The notes below the pieces were generated by a model. It ran no database searches. It was not told the DNA's origin and saw only the letters and a program-made list of their open reading frames with translations. This document shows, in pieces, positions 16,227 to 25,238 of a stretch of 32,000 bases of DNA (position 1 is the first letter of the stretch; every line of letters starts with the position of its first letter). Origin of the DNA: Candidatus Electrothrix yaqonensis (GTDB taxonomy: Bacteria; Desulfobacterota; Desulfobulbia; Desulfobulbales; Desulfobulbaceae); assembly GCA_047651235.1 (NCBI GenBank), contig CP178758.1:1560001-1592000 (forward strand), in the 5' to 3' direction. The position numbers and the translations under genes are program-made.

Positions 16227-19200
16227 TCAACGGGCTGCCGCTGTCTCCGCATCCTCTGCAAATTTCTCCGTCAGCCGCTTAATGGTCCATTCCAGGCGTT
16301 CCTCGATGGCCCCTTCCTGGCCGGGTTTGAGCTTATCGCGGATATCTTTCAGCGTGGCAATGTCTTCCTTTGTGCCGGTGTATTCCAGGTTCCACAGGGC
16401 AAGGTCGATGGCTTGGAAGGCCGCGTAGGGGAAGGGGGATGGGAGATCGTCGGGGTCGAAGGCCTGATGGGCCTGGATGATTTCGCCGATGAGAGAGGCA
16501 TTGGCTGCTCCGTCGGCTATTCTGCTTGCTAAGGCTCGGATGGCCCCTTGACGGACTTGATAGAGGGGATGGTCGAGCAGCTCAATGCCTTCCTCTGCCG
16601 GAGCAATACGGGCCAAGGCATTGCCCAGCATGTATTCCCAGTGCTCTTTTTTCCAGGTTTTATCCTGCCGGTCTACTTCAACTTCGCTGTCTGAAGCTGT
16701 TTTTTCCGGCTCTTCGATGGCCCGCTCTTTGCGCCAGTCCGCTTTTTCCTGCTCTAATTCCTCCAGCTTATTTTCCATGTAATCGTAAGCAGGAGCATAT
16801 GCCATTTGGCTAAGCCAGTGTAGAATGCGGTAGCGCAGTGAGTTGTCTTTCTCCAACTTTACGAGTAACTCATATAGTACTTCTGCATACTTCTCACGAT
16901 CAGTCGCCCCAAAGGCATTAAGAGCACGCAAACGCAAGGATTTCTCTTGCGCCGAATCAAAAAGAACAGCTTGAAGCTTTGCCCGAATTTTTCTCTCCAT
17001 CTCAGAAAAAGTTGCCGCTCTTTCCTGCCCTCTGAAAGCAAGGAAGCGGCCAAGTGCGGTAATGGTCGATTCGCGTAATCTCAAATCGGCATGGTCGCTC
17101 AAAACCAGCAGGTTCGGAACTTGTTCCTGTACCAGTTCAGGGCGATATTCACTGATAGTACCGATAGATTCAACGGCAACCTTGATCACTTTCTTATTAG
17201 AATCCTGCAAAAGCCTTTTGAGGAATTTGACTGATTGCTCTGTAAAAATGTATCCAAGTACAGTCGCAGCTTCTTTCCGTTGTTCGCCTGTTAAAGAAAT
17301 TTTTTCCTGCGCTGTCTTAAACTGCTCTTCCTGCCATTTCTGAAGTTCAGGAGAGGATTGATTCATGCTGAGCAGGGCCTTGGCTGCCACATCCCGCAGG
17401 TCCGGTTTTTTTAAATACCTACGGAGCATTGGCGCAGCTGCATCTGCCTTCACTCTGCCCAGGGCGTACGCCGCAGAACTCCGCACGGACGCATCCTCAT
17501 CCTCCAGGAGCTTGAGCAGCGCCGGCGCAACCGAGATGTCGCCCACTCTGCCCAGGGCTTCCGCCGCAGACCTCCGCACGTACTCAGACTCATCCTCCAG
17601 GAGCTTGAGCAGCGCCGGCGCAACCGAGATGTCGCCCACTCTGCCCAGGGCTTCCGCCGCAGAACTCCGCACGGACGCATCCGCAGACTCCAGGAGCTTG
17701 AGCAGCGCAGATTTGTCGCCCAATAATTGCGCAATGGCCAAGGCAGCCTCTGCGTTCTGCCGGCCCTCAGCTATCTGCAGCAGGAGCTCCGTACTCCTCG
17801 CTGTTCTTACAGATGCAAGCTGGGCAGGAAGGGGGCTGATCAGATCTTTCTCACCTGTTTTCAGGAGAGTTTCGACCAGTTTGTCTTCCTTGTCATCCTT
17901 GTTCTTATACATCCTTCTGTACAGCCCGTTTTCAGCATAACGCGGCAGGCGCTCCAGAATCGGCAGCCTGCCCACCAGATTTGCCCGGGTGTTTTCCCTG
18001 TCCTCAACAATCCTGCGGTCAACACGTTTGTCCGCCTCAAGATCCTGGCGGCGAAAAACACCTTCATAGCAGAATCCACGTACACTGAACAAATCCAACC
18101 CGTTCTCTGTTCCCTGATGGACTTCGATGCGGTCAAAAACACCTTCTTTTGAAGCAAGATAGCGGCCATAATAATTCGCCCGCCAGTCATTTGCCGCAAA
18201 GAGCATGCCGCAAGCAATCAGCACGGCAACTCCTCCCAGCGTCAGCCGCTTCACCCGCTGCCGCTGCTTGAACTCCCGGTTCCACTTATCAATGGATTCA
18301 GAAAAAATGTCGTGATACAGCTCGTACCAGAACTCTTCGCCCCGTTTCTGCCGCCGCAGGATGAACTCCTCCTGCAGTTTTTCCAGCACCGGCTTCAGCT
18401 CGTCTTCCTGAAATCTGGTCAGATCAGCCAGCCGTGCCAAAGAATGCGCAATCTTGGTGGCCCGTTGCCCGATCAGATGATCAAAGGCGGCTGAGGCGAC
18501 TTTCTGCTCCTTCTCGTTGAATGCGCTGATCTTGCGGAGGAAATAACTGTTGAGAATACCTGCGGTCCGGCCTGCCCGCTCATACGCCGCATGCGTGATC
18601 TGTTTCTGCTTGGCCTCATCATCCCGATGGTGCTGCCACAGCTCCTGGCAGACAATCTGCAGATGCGGCGGCTCCACCAGCAGAGGCAGCTCTTTCAGTT
18701 TGAGCAGTTCCTGCACCCCGAACTGCCGTTCCTGCTCCCGCTTAGCCAGATCATCCAGTACCTGATCCAGCAATGCCTCCTGCGTTCCCGTCTGCGGCGC
18801 AAAACTGTAGCAGGTCTTTTCCAGCGGTTTTTCAATAGCCAGCCGGGCCTGCTCGCGGGTCAGTTTTTCCAACCTGAAATAATTGTCAAACACGCCGGGC
18901 AGGAATTCCTTAAACGCATTGAGTTCCAGGGCAAAATCTTCCCGCATGGAAAAAACAAAGGAGACAGGCAGGCTGCGGTCAAGAATGGCCGCGCTCAGTT
19001 CCTCGATAAAGGGCCGGAACTCCGGCTTGAAACGATGGTAGTTGAACAACTCCTCAAACTGATCAAGCAAAAGGACAAGCTGGCCGCTGCTGAAAAGCGT
19101 GCAGGACCGGAGTATACTTTTGAGATAAACCTCCTTATACGGCTCGCCATAATGCTCACTCACCGACTGTTTAAAGGCCTGTGGAGAAGCCGACCAGACA

Positions 19201-19460
19201 TTATAATAGATCAGCTCGATATTGCTGTCAGTCCGCAGCGCAGGCATGATGCCCGCCTGAAGCAGGGAGCTTTTGCCCACACCGCTGGCCGCCAGCAACA
19301 GAGTCAGCCGGTTGGCCCGGATTTTATCCAGGAGAATGCTGCTTTCGCGGCTGCGGCCGAAGAAACGATCCTTTTCCTGTTCCGTAAAAGGCCGCAGCCC
19401 AATATAGGGCTGAAAACCGGAACCGGCATGATGCCGGGATGCTGTCTGAGAAGAACTCAT
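16227..19460 (-). CDS. STAND-class P-loop NTPase (nSTAND-like) with a central hydrophobic helix and C-terminal HEAT (PBS-lyase-type) repeats
   Basis: 1077 aa. The N-terminus PYIGLRPFTEQEKDRFFGRSRESSILLDKIRANRLTLLLAASGVGKSSLLQAG contains the PYxGLxxF...FFGR lead-in and Walker A. Walker B is LVLLLDQFEELF. A hydrophobic stretch, LTLGGVAVLIACGMLFAA, follows KQRQRVKR. The repeats are of the form VRSSAAEALGRVGDISVAPALLKLLEDE. The start overlaps the upstream stop in an ATGA arrangement. Confidence 0.85.
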   Translation of the reverse strand: MSSSQTASRHHAGSGFQPYIGLRPFTEQEKDRFFGRSRESSILLDKIRANRLTLLLAASGVGKSSLLQAGIMPALRTDSNIELIYYNVWSASPQAFKQSVSEHYGEPYKEVYLKSILRSCTLFSSGQLVLLLDQFEELFNYHRFKPEFRPFIEELSAAILDRSLPVSFVFSMREDFALELNAFKEFLPGVFDNYFRLEKLTREQARLAIEKPLEKTCYSFAPQTGTQEALLDQVLDDLAKREQERQFGVQELLKLKELPLLVEPPHLQIVCQELWQHHRDDEAKQKQITHAAYERAGRTAGILNSYFLRKISAFNEKEQKVASAAFDHLIGQRATKIAHSLARLADLTRFQEDELKPVLEKLQEEFILRRQKRGEEFWYELYHDIFSESIDKWNREFKQRQRVKRLTLGGVAVLIACGMLFAANDWRANYYGRYLASKEGVFDRIEVHQGTENGLDLFSVRGFCYEGVFRRQDLEADKRVDRRIVEDRENTRANLVGRLPILERLPRYAENGLYRRMYKNKDDKEDKLVETLLKTGEKDLISPLPAQLASVRTARSTELLLQIAEGRQNAEAALAIAQLLGDKSALLKLLESADASVRSSAAEALGRVGDISVAPALLKLLEDESEYVRRSAAEALGRVGDISVAPALLKLLEDEDASVRSSAAYALGRVKADAAAPMLRRYLKKPDLRDVAAKALLSMNQSSPELQKWQEEQFKTAQEKISLTGEQRKEAATVLGYIFTEQSVKFLKRLLQDSNKKVIKVAVESIGTISEYRPELVQEQVPNLLVLSDHADLRLRESTITALGRFLAFRGQERAATFSEMERKIRAKLQAVLFDSAQEKSLRLRALNAFGATDREKYAEVLYELLVKLEKDNSLRYRILHWLSQMAYAPAYDYMENKLEELEQEKADWRKERAIEEPEKTASDSEVEVDRQDKTWKKEHWEYMLGNALARIAPAEEGIELLDHPLYQVRQGAIRALASRIADGAANASLIGEIIQAHQAFDPDDLPSPFPYAAFQAIDLALWNLEYTGTKEDIATLKDIRDKLKPGQEGAIEERLEWTIKRLTEKFAEDAETAAAR
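17440..17720 (-). repeat. Near-identical 93-bp tandem repeats (at least 3 units) encoding 31-aa HEAT repeats
   Basis: The string cctccaggagcttgagcagcgccggcgcaaccgagatgtcgcccactctgcccagggcttccgccgcaga occurs at 17501-17570 and again from 17594, giving a period of 93 bp. The string ctgcccaggg..ccgcagaactccgcacggacgcatcc recurs 186 bp apart, at 17455 and 17641. Confidence 0.85.
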
Positions 19461-21154
19461 AAGGCCGCCTCCAATTCCCGGACAAAATCCGCAAGGGCAA
19501 GGTCATGGACCTTCACGCCCTTGTATTGCCAGAAGTCGTGATTAAAAGGAGGCGCATTTTCCTGCACAGCCAAGGAGGAGGCATCCTTATGCTGCTGTTC
19601 TTTGAGAAATCCGACCAGCAGCCGCTCCTCCCAGCTCTGGGGATGATGGCCTATGAACCAGAGCGAACAGAGAGAGCTTTTCATCCTGCTGCTGATATAG
19701 TTGGGAAACTGCTGCTCCATAACCTTGTTGAAGGCGAAATAATCCCGTTCAGCCAGCAGTAGATGTTCCTGTCCGCTGACAATGCCGCCGCGCAGCCGAT
19801 AAATAACAATATGCCCATTTTCCAGCAGTTCCTGCGACGACACGTCATCCGGGGTGCAGGAAGTTTCCCTCCCGTCTGAAAAAATCAGCAGGCATTTTCC
19901 CTCCTCCAGGTTCGGATAGATTTCCACAAAATCGCACCGCTTGGCCCGAAGGCTCTCTTGGAGCAGATTGTCATAGGCGGCGGAAATAACGATGAACGGC
20001 TTTTCCAGCCCGACCAGCAGATCATACAGGGCGACAGAGGAATTTTCTTTATCCAGGAGTCGGCGGAGTTCATTGACCAAATCAGTCCGGTTGCCAGCGA
20101 TCAGCTTCTGCTCGCACAGCTCGGACAGAGGGCCGAGGAATTCTTCTTCACAGAGATATTTCTTGATCTCAGCTGTTGAAGGAGCAGATGCGCCAAAAAG
20201 ATGCGATATTTCCTGGCCAAGACAAAGAATGACCTCGCCCCGCGCAAGCTGTGTGGCCAGCCGAGGATAATCAGGCCCGGCAGCTGTGTTTTTGACGTTT
20301 TTGTCCAAGGTTTCTAAAAAACTGACTAAAGCCTGCCAGTCATCAGGCTCATCATACGCATTTCCTATTTTTTCCAGCAGCTCTTCATCACCGGAATCGA
20401 TTCCTTGCTCCTCCATCTGTTTGAACTCATTGCGGGCCACATCGCACAGGCTGTCATCAAGATCAAAATCCATGAGCAGACCCCGCAGCTGTTTTTTCGC
20501 CCGCGCAACTTGGTCAGCAGAAGATGCAGCAGGACGCGGCGCAGCAAAGGAAGGAATCAGCTGCTCAATCCCCGGGTAAATGGTTTTCAGGTTGGCAACC
20601 GCGACCGCATGGCCCCGCTGGCCTGCATCCACTTTGTGACTGACCACCGCAATCAGCCTTCCTTGTTCATCGCAGAGCGGCGAGCCGCTGTAGCCGCCCT
20701 GCAGCCGGGAAAAATCATCATCTTCAACATGCAGATCCCATGCCTCAACGCGGCCGCTGCCCGGGGATTCAAAGGTGATGGATTTACCCAGCCTGCCCTC
20801 AATATGCCGGAGGACATAGTTGTTCTTTGCTCCGGAAAAAGGGCCGTACCCGCAGATATGAAACCCCTTTTCCGCTTTTCCCTTTGCAGTGCGGTTCAGC
20901 AGCGGAGGCGGGTCTTCGCAGGGAATGCGCAGCAGGGCCAGATCAATTCCGTCAGCTGCACCCTTGGCCACGACTATCGCTTCCGCTTCATGCCCGCTCA
21001 CCCTGATTCTGTCGTCGAGCTGGTCCACCACATGGGCGCAGGTGAGCAGGTAAAGCTGCCCGTCTTGATAAGCCACAGCAAAACCGGTGCCGAAGGCCTT
21101 TTTGCCGCCCTCGGCACTGGTCAGGAGAAAGACTACCTCTTTTTCAATTGCCAT
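19457..21154 (-). CDS. Trypsin-like serine protease fused to a C-terminal SIR2-like (SIR2_2-type) domain
   Basis: 565 aa. The N-terminal catalytic triad context is LLTCAHVV (His41), GIDLALLRI (Asp71) and GGYSGSPL (Ser156). The C-terminal 265 aa or so follow the SIR2_2 layout: ILCLGQEISHLFG (glycine-rich loop position), FIVISAAYDNLLQESL (TTNYD position), IYRLRGGI...LLLAERDYFAF (K-x-HG...T..DY position) and SLWFIGHHPQSWEERLL (lFiGyS..D position). Confidence 0.75.
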   Translation of the reverse strand: MAIEKEVVFLLTSAEGGKKAFGTGFAVAYQDGQLYLLTCAHVVDQLDDRIRVSGHEAEAIVVAKGAADGIDLALLRIPCEDPPPLLNRTAKGKAEKGFHICGYGPFSGAKNNYVLRHIEGRLGKSITFESPGSGRVEAWDLHVEDDDFSRLQGGYSGSPLCDEQGRLIAVVSHKVDAGQRGHAVAVANLKTIYPGIEQLIPSFAAPRPAASSADQVARAKKQLRGLLMDFDLDDSLCDVARNEFKQMEEQGIDSGDEELLEKIGNAYDEPDDWQALVSFLETLDKNVKNTAAGPDYPRLATQLARGEVILCLGQEISHLFGASAPSTAEIKKYLCEEEFLGPLSELCEQKLIAGNRTDLVNELRRLLDKENSSVALYDLLVGLEKPFIVISAAYDNLLQESLRAKRCDFVEIYPNLEEGKCLLIFSDGRETSCTPDDVSSQELLENGHIVIYRLRGGIVSGQEHLLLAERDYFAFNKVMEQQFPNYISSRMKSSLCSLWFIGHHPQSWEERLLVGFLKEQQHKDASSLAVQENAPPFNHDFWQYKGVKVHDLALADFVRELEAAL

Positions 21155-21163
21155 AATGAGAAA

Positions 21164-21571
21164 TCAGCTCCTGTTCTCCTGATGCAGCAAAACGGGAAGA
21201 ACTTTGCTGTACTGCTGAAAATCTTGGTCCCGTGTATAAATGGCGGCCTGCAGACGGAACGCACAGGAACAGATCAGAAAATCAATGTGCGATCCCTGTA
21301 TCCCTCTGCGCCTGCAGAGGTTGTGGTACTGTGCTGCTCGGATATAGTCCTCATCCAGGACAGGTTCATTGTCAAAGCAGCTCAGGTGCTTCCGCAGCCG
21401 CTCAAACCTGCTCTCTTCCGAATACCCGGAAAGAATCTCCTGACGGATCGGTCCAGGCAGAAGAACCCGCTGCTCTTCAATCAGCCGGGCCAGCTCCTGG
21501 CAGACATGTTCATCCGGCTCGGTCCGCCGTAATGCCAAAGACCAGATCACTGTATCAATAACAACTTTCAC
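21164..21571 (-). CDS. vapC: PIN-domain ribonuclease toxin, VapC-like
   Basis: 135 aa. The start MKVVIDTVIW carries the PIN N-terminal acidic residue. The protein has the typical length, and its GTG start overlaps the antitoxin stop in a GTGA arrangement. It ends 9 bp upstream of the trypsin-SIR2 start. Confidence 0.75.
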   Translation of the reverse strand: MKVVIDTVIWSLALRRTEPDEHVCQELARLIEEQRVLLPGPIRQEILSGYSEESRFERLRKHLSCFDNEPVLDEDYIRAAQYHNLCRRRGIQGSHIDFLICSCAFRLQAAIYTRDQDFQQYSKVLPVLLHQENRS

Positions 21572-21765
21572 CGGGAGCGCGCCTTTTTATAGTCATAATC
21601 CGGGTCAGGGTCCATTGTTCCGAAAAGCTTCGTGATCTCAAGCTGTCTGCGCCGGTTCACAAACTCTTTCAACGCAAGATTAACCGTATCCTTTTTTGTC
21701 CGCAGCCTCGCGAGTTCACGTGCCTCTTCAAGCAGCCGCATGTCTATTGCAAGATTTGTAGCCAT
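21568..21765 (-). CDS. vapB: Type II antitoxin, VapB-like (small RHH/DUF2191-like)
   Basis: 65 aa. The sequence MATNLAIDMRLLEEARELARLRTKKDTVNLALKEFVNRRRQLEI is typical of short VapB-type antitoxins. The gene has a 4-bp overlap with the PIN gene. Confidence 0.7.
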   Translation of the reverse strand: MATNLAIDMRLLEEARELARLRTKKDTVNLALKEFVNRRRQLEITKLFGTMDPDPDYDYKKARSR

Positions 21766-21867
21766 ATAGATCCTCTCTGAAATTCGACATCAAAGTATTT
21801 TACACACACTCTTACACGTTATCATGCGTGAACGCTGACTGTCAAACAAAGGGGTGCAGAAAAAAAA

Positions 21868-22173
21868 TCATTCCTCCTCCGCCTTAGGTGAGATGGACAG
21901 CTTGATCTTGAGGTTGGCATTGCCTTTGGCCTTGGCCAGAAAAACAGACCCCTCAGCGGAAAATCCGAGCTGGAGTTCCACCTCCACGTTGTCAATACAC
22001 ATCTCCTTGTTCAGTTCGTCCCACACCGAAACCACAGGCCGACACGCTTTGAGCAGAATCGGACGTACCGTGTCAATGGCTGTGTCCACATGATCTGCCA
22101 CGCCGCCGGAAATCTGATTTACCTGATCCTGGGGCACCTCAACCTCAACCTCAACCAACAGGCCGTCTTCCAT
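21868..22173 (-). CDS. Small Trypco-like (trypsin-co-occurring, CU044_2847-type) protein
   Basis: 101 aa. The layout is LLVEVEVEV..., a central helix region, then VEVELQLGFSAEGSVFLAKAKGNANLKIKLSISP. From memory, this matches small proteins found next to trypsin/STAND conflict genes (evEFGvkls.e.g..iak...ean.kv.l.w). The assignment is by recollection only. Confidence 0.5.
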   Translation of the reverse strand: MEDGLLVEVEVEVPQDQVNQISGGVADHVDTAIDTVRPILLKACRPVVSVWDELNKEMCIDNVEVELQLGFSAEGSVFLAKAKGNANLKIKLSISPKAEEE

Positions 22174-22345
22174 TTCAATAAGCTTTGTTGCTATCCTTAT
22201 CTCCTTTGCGCTGCGTTAAAACAACATGTTGGAAATATACTGTCAATCACCTGTCCCCTCTGTTCTTCCGGTTTACCCGGATCAGGAAAACCATTGCCTG
22301 CCATATCGCAGCCAGCTCTTCCATCCCCTCCTCAGCCTGTGCAGA

Positions 22346-22489
22346 TCAGAGATATTTCTGATTTTTCCGGCTGTACTCCGCAGCCCGGCCGATAATGAAC
22401 TCCTTCCAGGAGGGATCATCAAAGGCATGGGCAATGGTGAAGATATCCTTGTCGCCCCGGCCAGACATATTGATAATAATAGCCTGGTC
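22346..22489 (-). pseudogene. trpB: 3'-terminal fragment of tryptophan synthase beta chain (trpB remnant)
   Basis: The NMSGRGDKDIFT block is essentially the invariant NLSGRGDKDIFT motif near the TrpB C-terminus. No other part of trpB is present upstream, because the lepA stop lies at 22704. Confidence 0.6.
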
Positions 22490-22648
22490 GCAGGACATGG
22501 CCGGAGGCGGAATCACACGAACACCTGCGGCCTCAAGTTCCGCCTCTCCCTGCTTGATCGCTGCGAAAAGCGAACGAAGATCATAGTTATGCTGCGCAGC
22601 AAGCGCATCTTTGACAGCCCGTACCTCGGCAATAATCTCATCACTCAT
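22346..22648 (-). CDS. Chimeric small ORF: an about 50-aa helical N-terminal part fused in frame to a trpB 3' remnant
   Basis: The RBS GGAGGA lies 7 nt upstream of the ATG at 22648 (MSDEIIAEVRAVKDALAAQHNYDLRSLFAAIKQGEAELEAAGVRVIPPP). The remainder, DQAIIINMSGRGDKDIFTIAHAF, is the conserved C-terminal block of tryptophan synthase beta. Confidence 0.5.
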   Translation of the reverse strand: MSDEIIAEVRAVKDALAAQHNYDLRSLFAAIKQGEAELEAAGVRVIPPPAMSCDQAIIINMSGRGDKDIFTIAHAFDDPSWKEFIIGRAAEYSRKNQKYL

Positions 22649-22703
22649 CGTCCATTCCTCCAAGGAGTTCTTCAGGTGTGCAGATAATCGGCAGGAACCG
22701 ACC

Positions 22704-24497
<1,794 letters not shown>

Positions 24498-24655
24498 CTG
24501 TATTAGTTGTTGATTGAGAAGAAGCTCGGTACCCGACTCCCTGTTTGTGCTTGGGCACAGAAAATTATTTCACTGGCGGGCTGGTACGATTTCCAGAGAC
24601 CCGGATAAAACCGGTAAAACTTACGGACTGAACCGTGCAGTTTGATGATGAAGGG

Positions 24656-25012
24656 TTATTTCAGCTGAAGAGGTTGTGCATTCAGCTCCTCTATATTGAG
24701 AAGTTGCCGATCATTGGTCAGTAGGGTCGCATTGTTGACAAGAGCGGTGGCACATATAATGGCGTCAGGTGTTTTGAGTTTACGTTTCCTCTTCAACGCG
24801 ATAGTCTCCTGCTTGACGTTTTCATCCAGCGGATGAATCAGAATATCATGAAAGAATCTTTTCAGCAGCTCTTCATGCTCACCGGAGAGGCCCGGAAATG
24901 AGAGCAGTTCAATTTCAGTAATGATTGAGATGCAGTATTCATCTTCGGCAAGCGGAGCTGCCAGCTGATTATTGTGCAGATAGATAACGGCATTGGTGTC
25001 CAGAATCAGCAT
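24656..25012 (-). CDS. PIN-domain toxin, VapC-like
   Basis: The ATG at 25012 gives MLILDTNAVIYLHNN...ITEIELLS...TPDAIICATAL...LLTNDRQL, with the PIN acidic residues in the expected contexts. The start lies 1 nt after the upstream antitoxin stop. The track ORF start at 25084 is probably too long. Confidence 0.75.
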   Translation of the reverse strand: MLILDTNAVIYLHNNQLAAPLAEDEYCISIITEIELLSFPGLSGEHEELLKRFFHDILIHPLDENVKQETIALKRKRKLKTPDAIICATALVNNATLLTNDRQLLNIEELNAQPLQLK

Positions 25013-25013
25013 G

Positions 25014-25238
25014 TCACCATTCCTCATCCCGGATTTTTCTCTGATATTCCACCCCATCGACAGGCCATTCAATCTTACCTGCATACTGCATGAGATCAGC
25101 GGCGGGAGGTTTATTTTTTTCGTCTTCTATAATTTTTATTTTATTTCCCGGCAACCCTCTCAGCATAGATACCACGATCTCATAGAGACTGTTATCAATT
25201 TGTAAGTAGAGTGTTTTCATGGTTTCCTTTTTGTTCAA
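25014..25238 (-). CDS. Putative antitoxin partner of the PIN toxin
   Basis: The 74-aa ORF lies immediately upstream of, and abuts, the PIN gene. Its C-terminal tail AGKIEWPVDGVEYQRKIRDEEW resembles the toxin-binding tails of small antitoxins. The start may be MKTLYLQ at 25220. Confidence 0.5.
   Translation of the reverse strand: MNKKETMKTLYLQIDNSLYEIVVSMLRGLPGNKIKIIEDEKNKPPAADLMQYAGKIEWPVDGVEYQRKIRDEEW

Noticed and set aside
17440-17720. Regularly spaced direct repeats that might suggest a CRISPR array.
   Set aside because: The 93-bp period is in frame inside a long ORF, and each unit encodes a HEAT repeat. There are no unique spacers and no cas genes. No CRISPR array is visible anywhere in the window.
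18591-21532. Plus-strand ORFs 18591..19541 (316 aa) and 20405..21532 (375 aa).
   Set aside because: They are antisense to the STAND NTPase (Walker A/B present) and to the trypsin-SIR2 and vapC genes. They are composition-driven open frames.
7500-22700. The possibility that the accessory region is a recognisable mobile element (prophage, integrative element or transposon).
   Set aside because: I found no integrase, transposase or recombinase ORF, no tRNA gene and no flanking direct repeats. The tail-collar gene and the peptidoglycan enzymes could be prophage debris, but no other phage structural or lysis genes are present. Mobility cannot be supported from this window.
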